DNA from: Paraspadella gotoi
Lineage: Eukaryota; Animalia; Chaetognatha
NCBI GenBank assembly: GCA_051294375.1
Contig: CM119265.1
Location: 16,560,005-16,624,004, forward strand
Direction of reading: 5' to 3'
DNA length: 64,000 nt
A program made the translations under genes and the position numbers. Within the stretch, counting starts at the first letter, position 1, and each line of letters starts with the position of its first letter. The notes beneath the pieces were generated by a model. It worked only from the letters and a program-made list of their open reading frames with translations, was not told the DNA's origin and ran no database searches. Below are positions 54,901 through 64,000 of this stretch, in pieces.

Positions 54901-57900
54901 ATTTGACTTGTGGTCATGGTCAGATCACCATGATGTATCTTAAAACAGTTCTTATCATTGCAAGTTCCACTTAGATCGAAGGGACAGAAAATGTTATCAG
55001 CCGAATTACATTTATAAGAAAAAGATACTGACGAAATTTTCAAACCATTTTTTAATCTAAATTTTGGCAAAAGACGATAAGACTTTAAAGAGGATAATGG
55101 ACTCTTATATAGTTTGTGAGTATAATTTGTGCATCTCTTGGTGTTTCCAAGGGCGTTTCTTTGTGAGGCATCATCATCAACTTCGGCTTCTTCATTTGAC
55201 CGAATTTTTTGAGAAGTGTCACTTCCTAAAATGAATGGAGGGACATCGCTATATTGCTTTTCTGATAGGGGAAATATCATATCATATTTAATTGAATTTA
55301 AAATGTTATTCTCTTTAATTTTTTCCAAAGATTCGTAACCAAAATCACCTCTCAACATAACTAAATCTTTTAGTACCGAAGGATTTTTTTTTTCTTTTTC
55401 AGACTGAAGTTTTCGGATTTGAATCATTTTGGTTTCTGGTGGTAACTCAATAGAGATCGGGTTTTCTCTTGGCCGAATAATTTTCTGGTTTTCAACAAGA
55501 AAACCCTCATTAAAATGTGGTTTTATTCCGGAAGAACTCAATTCAGACAGACTCCTTTTGCTCCTTTGAATAAAGTTTTCTCGCTTTTGGTCATTAGCTC
55601 CTTCTGCCTTATTCATAAATGAATATTGTTCAAGAGATCTTCGAATCGAAAGTTCTTTTTGATGTTGAGCTATTCTTACTGCCATCTCACGTTCCAGTTC
55701 CTGGAGCCTATTCCTCTCTTTCTGAACTTCATTCTTATCCATTCGTTGAATTTCGTGAACCGATTTTAATTTTTTAACGGGAGAACCTTGTTCCCCTTCA
55801 GCTTTTCGTTTGTGATTATTTTCAGGCTCAACGTCAACATCAAGGACTTTCAACTTTTTAATAATGGAATCCTCTAAAGACTTCTGCTTCGTCAAACGTT
55901 CTTGATCTGATACCAAGCGTTCTTTTAACGTCATAATTTCTTCGTTAGTTTTTATGGAGTACTTTTCCATTTGTTTTAATTGATCTTTAATTTTTTTTAT
56001 TTTCTCTTCATTCTTAGTCAGTTCCTTGATTTTACGATTCATACTAGATTTCACTTGAAAAATATCTTTAGTTAATTGCTTTATGTTTTGGTTATTGGAA
56101 TAATACATGTTCCTAACAGTTTTTACTTTTTCTTTCTGTGCATTTGAAATCAACGTTTTAGTTGTTTCGGTTGGATTAACTTGAGCATCAGCAGAAAACT
56201 TGGGCGAAAGAGTGGTTTCAGATTGAGAGGCGTTTTCTCCTTCATTAATTGCACAAGGTTCAACCAGTTTGTTGACGACAGCTGTTCGCCTGGACAACTC
56301 CAGCTTAAGTTTCAAATATTCCTTTACTTTTTCAGCGTTAAGCAAGTCCACAACACTCTTTTCTTTGTCAATCAAAGATTTGTTGGCCTTTTGATCAGCG
56401 TCTGCAGCCTGACGGGCCTCTTTTAAGAAAGAATCGATATTGGTAGAAATTGTATTATCACTTTTCTTTGCATCTAAAGGTACATTACTTTTCCCTTCAA
56501 CTTCTTCGTTTTCATCGGAAGAATCATTTCCGATGGAGATTATCACAGGAGAAATCTGAGGAAAACGAGGCTTTTTAACCAAACGCGAGTTTATTTGTGT
56601 TGGTTTAACTGCCGAGACGTCGGAAATCTTGCTTTGAGACGAGGACTTGACGGGTGCCACGACGGAAAGCAAAGAGTTCGTTTGAGATTTCCCGCCTTCC
56701 AATGAAACCTCTTTAAGCACCGTTTCACTAGAAGTGTCATTTTTGTTTTTTGATAAATTACCGGTTTTTTTTGCCTTCTTTACGACTCTTTTCTTTTTAA
56801 CCACATTAGTTTGTCGAGAGGCAGCCGGTTTGTTGTCTTCTTTGTTAGGCTTATCGTCCAACCGCGTCGTCGAATCTAAGTTTACAAGAAGCGATTGTCC
56901 CTCTACATCCTGTTCTGGAACAGGAACAGGCTGTGGGGAGTCATCAGCCGAGTCTCTTTTCCTCTCCGCCATGGCCGCTAAGAGCACTGCGCGTATGGCG
57001 TCGGGATCTTCGTCATCGTCTTCCCCTTTAGAAGTAGATCGTCTCCTCGAGGGTTGGCCGAGGCTTGTTGTCGAGTTAGTTTGGTTTTTGTCAACGAGTC
57101 GGCCAATAGCTTCCCATGCTCTTTCGCTCTCAATTCGGTTTTCCTCATTGAGCCGAATTTCCGATCGACTCCTCGACTTTTCCTCCGTCTTTTCAAGGAG
57201 CTCCCAAGGATCTTCTTCGCTGATGTCGCTCATTTCTGACTCGTCTTCCTTTAGATTTCGTAGATCCTCCTCTAATTCGACGAGGTGTGGGGGCGAGGGG
57301 GCTATGCGTGGGCCCGGTGGCGATGTCGCTATCGGCGCGGCGAAAGACTTTGAGCGTGAGGAGGTCGGCATCTTCGGTGGCGAAGGCGCTGGAAGAGGTA
57401 TCTCCGCGACGCCGGGTAAAGAAGACGAGAACGACGGCGGGGGCGGAGCTTGGCGCGGCGGCAGATGAGAAAACGTGGCGACGGCCACTAAGGGCGGAGG
57501 GGTAACCACTCTCGGACGTGGCAAGGAAATATCCATGAGATTGGGCGGAGTTTCCCGAGGCGGAGGCGGAGGTGGCGAGAGCGGTTTGGATGGCAAAGGG
57601 GGGCGATCAAAAAAAGGTGGAAAAAAGGTGTTAGTTCTCAGCGGTAGCAGCATTTCCGGCATTTGCGGCATCTGAGGTGCCTCTCCCATTTTCATCTCTC
57701 CGCGACGACGCGAGCGGACTTCTCGTTCGTCGTCCGATGACCCGATTTCCATAGAGATGCGTTCATAGTTGTCCCGGTTCGAAAGGGATTCACGACGCAG
57801 AGTCGAGAGCCCGTGGCGAATGTGAGCAGGAAAGTGATCCCTCCGTCCTCCCTCAAAAAACTTTAAGTTTCCCCTCCTTGTTTTTCTCCAGTCGATATCC

Positions 57901-58907
57901 CCGTGATCCTTAAACCTGACTTCCTCAATAATGACGTCATCATCATCATCGTCGTCGTCCTTTACTTCTATGACTTCGTCTTCGACGTCGTTCTCCTTGA
58001 CTTCACCCTCTTCCTCTTCGGCGTTCTCAACATTCAGATCATCGGTCAATAACGCAGGATTTCGTCTCGCGGCCGACTGCAGAGCCATCATTCGAAGCTG
58101 TAGCTCCTCGACGGTTTCGTCTTCTTCCTCTTCGTCGGCTCCCGGAATGATGGCAGGGCCCGCAAAAATCGTGGATGGCGTCCGACCATCGTCGCCGTTT
58201 TCGGCGTCGGGGGAGGCGGGAGCGTCATCAAATACCACGCTGTCCTTGGCAACGACTTCGATCGAGGGATGACGTTCCGAACTGTCCGGCAAAGTTTCGG
58301 TTTCCGGTATCGAACGCTCGGGCGTAGGTGGTCCGGACGACAAGTAGTTGTCAATTTCGATGTCGTTTTGATCCTGCTGATACTTGTCGATTAGCTCAAT
58401 CCGGTCCTGAATTTTCTTGTATTCTTTTAACATGCTGTCGAAGTTTTCATTGTCTACGGGTAAGCGGGAAGATATTTTCTCGCTATCCTTCGACGAAAAC
58501 TGAGAGGGTCGTGAGTAACGAGACGAGGAAAACTCGAAACCTTTATATTTTCGAGCTTCGACTCCACGGGATCTCCAATTCTGGTATCGTTGGCCGTTCG
58601 ACGGCGGGGATCTCCGTCCTGCGTGAGAAGGCGGAGAGCGGTGTCGACGACGGTATTCTTCGCCTATAGGCAAGGCCGTTCGCGGAGCCATGTCCTTAGA
58701 TCGATCGCGACGCTTTGAGGCATAGCGCTCGGCAGCCTGCATCGCTGTCAATGGAGGAGACCGACCGGAAGACCTGCCTTTGGGAATAGAGTCCACCCAG
58801 ACCCGAGCTGGAGGAGACGGTCGTCGACCAGGCGGTCGACCCCGGCTCGAATCCAGAAACTCCACGTCGTCCATCTCTTCGATTTCGCCGTCCTCCAAGT
58901 CACCCAT
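51948..58907 (-). CDS. ZFC3H1: Zinc finger C3H1 domain-containing protein (PAXT exosome adaptor), 3 exons
   Basis: LEDGEI motif, LQLRMMALQSA, proline-rich region, coiled coils, YKSPL...FCPFDLSGTCNDKNC zf-C3H1, HAT/TPR-like ALNVLARGLE. Exons ~58907-52363, 52287-52093, 51978-51948 (last exon less certain). Confidence 0.92.
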
Positions 58908-59312
58908 GGCAAACGGTATTACAGTTTCGAGTATTTTTATAATACTGTTTTAAAATAAAATTAATAATAAAAACAAAGTGATCTAGCGATAAAAACTACT
59001 ATTACCAGCGTTTATAACCTAAACAATAAAATTAGACAATTATGGTGGTGAAAAAGTCAACTTCAATGTACTTTTTTTCCTATTTATTTTAACAACACCC
59101 GACCATAACTGAAATAAAGTTTTAGAAAATGTAGCCAAATATTGTTTACTTAGTTTTATTTTTTCTGCATTTAAAATGTTTTAACGGCTACCACGGCGAA
59201 ATATAAATCCTCGACCAACCTGTAAAAAATTGTCAATATTCAACAAGCAACAATAAAAGTTAACACGGCTCTGATAACGGTTGCAACACAACTTCTTTTA
59301 AAAGTCAGGAGT

Positions 59313-60823
59313 TCAAGCCAACAAAATCTCTCCATTCTTTATGGTGATGTTGGGATTAAATTCTATTTTCTTTGTAATTTTTTTTTTAATCGTATCCTCG
59401 TTGATCGGGACATCTTTTTTAACGGAGTTAAACTCTTCTAGCACCCTTGAGGTGACCTGCGCAAAGGAAGCCTTCTTCGACGGGCAGGCGTCAAGAAATG
59501 AGTGAATGACACGGCCGAAGTCAAACCGTGGTCCTTTTTTCTTTTTCTTTTTTATTTCGGAGACTTGGACGGAGCCGAAGCTGACCCTTTTTTCGCTTTT
59601 TTCTTTAACAGAGGTCTCGTAGCCGTTCACCACCTTCGATTCCACCTCGATCTTGAGAGTTTTTCCCGGATCCTGGCTAGAGCCTTCTTCAAACCTTCTA
59701 TTCTTCCTACGCAGTTTTTTCTGGAGCTTTCTTTCCTCTTTCGCCTTAGGTTTCTCACCGGCAGCGGCGGCTATATCATCAGCGTCAGACGCTTCTCTCT
59801 CTCTTTTCGCTTTCTTTTTCGGTGGAGAGTTAAGTTCCTCGTCTTGGCCGTCGCCTCCCTTTCGTTTCTTCAACGGAATGACATCCATTTTCGGGTTGCT
59901 AAATGTATTTTCTTTTTGCTTTCTTGACTTTTTAATTGTGTTTTCTTTAATGGCTACTTCCTTTCCATTTGGGGGTTTATTCTCACCATTCATTAATTTT
60001 GGACCACGTTTCTTTTTCTTTTTAGCGATGGTTAATTCTATGGAATCGACCACAACATTCGTCGATTGAATTTCCAAATCTTTTTTCTTTTTTTTAATTT
60101 TTTTAATTTTTACGTTCGTTTCCACTTCATCGGACGCTTCTTCTACCATTTCTTTTTTCTTATTTTTCTCCTTTTTTTTCCCGGCCGAACCATGAGAATT
60201 GAGGTTTTCCTCATTTAAGTCGCTCGTAACTCCAGTCGCTGGAATCTCATTGCTATCATCGACTTGTCCGTTTCTCTTTCCAATGGTATTTGAGTCATAT
60301 GACGGAGGTTCAGTTCCCTTGGCATTTTCCAAAAAATTCCAGACAGCTTCGCAAACGCCGTTGTCGTACACCTTCAGGCTGCTTTTCAAAAAGTTGATCA
60401 GCTTGGTCTTTTTCCTGGGAATGTTGGGGTAATCCGGAAGCTTCTCTAACGTGTTAGTCACTCGTTTGTCAGAGTTAGGCTTTAGATTGCAATCTTGAAG
60501 GGCTTGATGAATCTTTGACAACCAGGCTTCCTGCAAACGGATAAAGTTGATTATTTACGTAAATGACAAAGTGATCAGTCAAACCAAATGACCTGCTTTG
60601 CGTCTCCTTTGCTCTGCTGAACCCGTAAGGATGATGAATTTTGTGCCTCGTACTTTTGCGATTCAGAGATGCATCGATTATGTGAGGCGAAATCCGAACC
60701 GAGAAATTCTACGCTGCAATCGATACAAGAGAAAACATCGCTTCTGCGGCATTGTGTCTTATGCTTCTCCACCTGATTTTTCTTGCAGTCTGTTCCGCAT
60801 CCGGCACACTGGAAATACACCAT
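59313..60823 (-). CDS. LYAR: Cell growth-regulating nucleolar protein, 2 exons
   Basis: MVYFQCAGCG...KKNQVEKH...FSCIDC...HNRCISESQKY, YPNIPRKKTKLINFLK, K-rich tail. Confidence 0.95.
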
Positions 60824-60834
60824 CTTTATAATCG

Positions 60835-60860
60835 CTAGAGGAATGAAGAAAGAAAAGCGA
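60835..60860 (-). promoter_or_regulatory. Candidate trans-splice acceptor before LYAR (representative of 20 such sites)
   Basis: Minus strand cgcttttctttcttcattcctctAG, 11 nt before the ATG. Confidence 0.6.
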
Positions 60861-61154
60861 GTTACAAAATCAGGAATAAATTTTAAAAAGATTTTTGACT
60901 CGTCTTTATTTAAGACCGATATATCTGTACAGTTCGTTTTTTATTTTTCGGATTAAGACAAGTTCGAAACTAGGTAAAATCCACCTGTACCTATATACTA
61001 AAAAGGTTTTTTTAGCGAACAGCATATATAATTTGTCAGATTGAAAATACAATCCGAATTGAATACCTATCCAAGGCGCTCAGCGTTAATCACAGAACTA
61101 GTTAAATTAATATCACAATGGAATCATAAATTAAGAATTGAAAATTAAAAATAA

Positions 61155-63651
61155 TTATTCATCGAGTGATAAGTTCGAGAGGTTAAGGATTCCCGTATCG
61201 ACGGGGGACTCGGGGCATTCCGCTACTAAGCAGTGACGACACTGATAATTGATGTCCTTTATGTTATCATTTGGCGAACTCCCAGGCGGTACGAGATCGA
61301 CGGCTTTGTCGACATCGAGTGAAGGTTCTAACATTTTTTTTTGTTTCATGGATGACTCCGGTAAATCTTTTAATCCTTCAACCATAATTTTCCCCTCCAT
61401 AGCTTCGGGCGGTGGGACTACGGATTGCGAACTTTCTTCGACGAATACGAAACCGTTTTCCACTAAGCGCTGAATCCCTGCGGCTTCCTCGACGACGGCA
61501 GTGTCCTCGACGGCTTCCTCCTCCGATATGGAGCCCAACGTCCCAAGTCTAGAGCTCGATGGGTGCTCCACCGTTTGATGCTGCTGCGGCGCCGGAAGAG
61601 GATTGAAAAAAATTTTTTTCAAGTCAGGCGCCGAGTGGGACCTCGACGTTCTGGAGGGGTTTTTTCCTCCCACAGTCTCGATGGCCAGCGGGGTCGGATC
61701 CTTGAAAGGCGACGAGTAGAGAGGTTTGGAAGAACCGAGTTTGGGATCGCCGGGACGACGCGACTCGGGTTCTAAGCGCAGTAACAGGCGTCCGCGCAGA
61801 TCAGCTAGTTCCTGCTTAAGAACGAGGTTTTCATCGCCGAGTCTCTGGATAAATTGGCCAGCCGGATTCTGATCGAAGAAGAGAAAGCAAAGAATAAAGG
61901 CGAAAATAAAGAGCGAACAAGCAATAGGTCACAACCTGAGCGATTGCAGGGCGACCTCCCTCTCTGCAGGCGTCAGTCAACATTTGGGAGGTTGTAGGGG
62001 TACGGATATCGGCTGGGCTGATTGAGACGAGACCAAAGCCCAGTCCTAAACGATATCCGCTTGCCACGATGATAAAGATGAAGACTACAAAAACGGCGAC
62101 TGGCCATAGATGAATCGGGATGTCTCTGAACACGCCTAAAAACCATAGATGTATTTTTAAAAAAAAAAGACTGAAGTAAAGATTTTTAGATATTAAAATA
62201 ATATTAAAATATATTACCAGATATGAACTTTCCCAAGGCGTTTCCAAGAAATTCCAACGGCTCAAACATCATTTGATTAATGGTGAAAACGAGGACTCGA
62301 ATCGGAGTAACCTCCGTAATAACATCGACCTGATAGGCATGGTGGAAGCGGCGACAGGCGTCTTGCTCTGGGTCGCCGAACTGAAAGGGTCTCGCCAAAG
62401 ATTTCCAGACGTCAGTGAATACGCTCAAAAAAAAGGAAGAGGAGTCTTCTTCGTTAAAGGAGGAATGGCATTGGGGGGGCAACTTTTGTGAGCGATCGAC
62501 AGCCTGATTTACTTGAGCCTGAGGAAAAATGGGAGCAAAGAAAGATTTTAATTTTAGAAGAAAAGTGACTGGTCAACTAAGAACTTACCTTTTGATAAAG
62601 GGCCACGCCGTTCCAGGGAAGACTGACGATAAATAGAATGACGTACAATAAAACAAGAAGCTTCAAAGCGTCAGAAAAGCAAAACGAAGAGATGCACAGC
62701 CTTCGAAGGAACCAAATGCCTGAAAGCGAATTGTTGGTAATTAGGACCAGCTTTATTTTAGTTCGTTTGGAAATTTAGATTAATGTAGTTGCAAAAAAAT
62801 AATAATATTCAAAATTACTCGTATTCTTCAAAAAATTAGAAATATAAAGTTATAGATATAACTTCTAATAGATTTTAAGTTAATTAATAATTAACAATCA
62901 CTCGATTAGATTTACCCCAAATCCCAGCGAATATTGGAACTAGCCAAAATAGATTTTGACGATTTTCAAAGAGTGCGGCGTAAGAAGGACGAGAAGAATG
63001 AGTCTCAACATCGTTTTCATCCGTCTCCCAGCGCACCTTAACCATCGCTGCGGAAAAATGCTGCAGCGCCCACAAGTTGTCCCTGCAAGCTCGGTCGTCT
63101 TTCGTTTTCGTCGTTCGCGAAACCACGCGACGCAGAAGGTCGAGATGGACGACCGGGAGACGAATGTCGGCGCGGAGGACGATCGCGTCGGTGTCCTCCG
63201 AATCTAGCCGCCCATCCGACGGAACGACGTCAAGAATCTGTCGCATGAGTTTGTAAAATGTCGAGACGCAGACGAGAGACAGTTGGGATTCGGTTTTGCA
63301 AGTTGAATTGATCGAGACGTTCGCGGAAAATGCGTCGAGGGAGGGAATGGATCCTGGAGCGTCCGGCGCTTCGATCGTGGGTTCTTTCATCGGGGAATGG
63401 TTCACGGACTGCTCTTTGTTCAGACTCTCCTTCGTCGCGTTGGGACAAACGCAAGGCGGGCAGGGGGATTCAGGTTTGGAAGGTTTCATGGTTTTTGTGC
63501 TGCTGTCGTAGTTGAACATGTCTCGATAGTCGACGTAATTCTCAGGCAAATCATCATCAAGGTAATCGACGTTCGATCGTCGATCGCCGAGGCAAACAAT
63601 TAAGTTTAAAAAAATTAGACATATTGAGAGTTTCAAGCCGATCCGAGCCAT
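61155..63651 (-). CDS. CLCC1: Chloride channel CLIC-like protein 1 (MCLC family), about 5 exons
   Basis: Signal peptide, VDYRDMFNYDSSTKTM motif, DACRRFHHAYQVDVITEVTP, EPLEFLGNALGKF, TM segments. Confidence 0.85.
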
Positions 63652-63845
63652 GACGCTCAATTTCTCTCTAAATATTTAGAGGTAATAATTATATGAAAAC
63701 TTTGATATTAAACCTCATATTTAAAATTAAACATTTAGCAGCTTGAATAGCCACGAAAAAAAAAATAAATAGTAAAATCAGAAATAACGGTTGTGGCATA
63801 GATGTTAATGACACATGGTTCTAATTTGCAGGAAAAAACAAAAAT

Positions 63846-64000
63846 TCAAACACTCATATTAATTAATGCGTCCTTATCAGCCCTTGCGCTCTTCTCGTTC
63901 TCGATGTGATAAAGCACGTCGGCGAGTGCGGCTTCAACGTACGAGAGTTCCACGTTGTCGCTCATTGGCCGCCACGAAGAACGGTCCATGTCTTTCGGGG
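63846..64000 (-). CDS. 3' end of an unidentified upstream gene
   Basis: Exon-like GC-rich open frame PKDMDRSSWRPMSDNVELSYVEAALADVLYHIENEKSARADKDALINMSV* running off the window. Confidence 0.6.
   Translation of the reverse strand, partial: PKDMDRSSWRPMSDNVELSYVEAALADVLYHIENEKSARADKDALINMSV

Noticed and set aside
63846-64000. UQCRB/QCR7 identity for the partial gene
   Set aside because: Only a faint resemblance over about 50 aa, not enough to assign.

Overview
Eukaryotic (invertebrate animal-type) genomic DNA with CpG-rich exons, short AT-rich spliceosomal introns and the standard genetic code. It holds 21 consecutive protein-coding genes on the minus strand. In transcription order (right to left): partial unknown gene, CLCC1, LYAR, ZFC3H1, SNAPC4, DNAJC17, Miro/RHOT, Metaxin-2, senataxin-like helicase, BRAT1, DRAP1, NVL, PCGF3, PARP6/8, SWI5-like, CEP41, Mu-class GST, TMA16, Mpv17/PMP22-like, a BTB-zinc finger gene and KDM1B/LSD2 (partial). 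Stop-to-start gaps are 101-1563 bp (median about 275). All 20 visible start codons have a T/pyrimidine-rich tract ending in AG 4-41 nt upstream. This is the layout expected of a very long spliced-leader trans-spliced operon or chain of operons, although only RNA data can prove it. The only plus-strand coding sequences are an orphan gene nested in an NVL intron and a decayed LINE in a SNAPC4 intron. Also present: a hAT-type MITE with an 8-bp target-site duplication, small Helentron/HINE-like repeats, two GC-AG introns and one candidate GA-AG intron. Gene identities come from recalled motifs, not database searches, and exon coordinates were read by eye.
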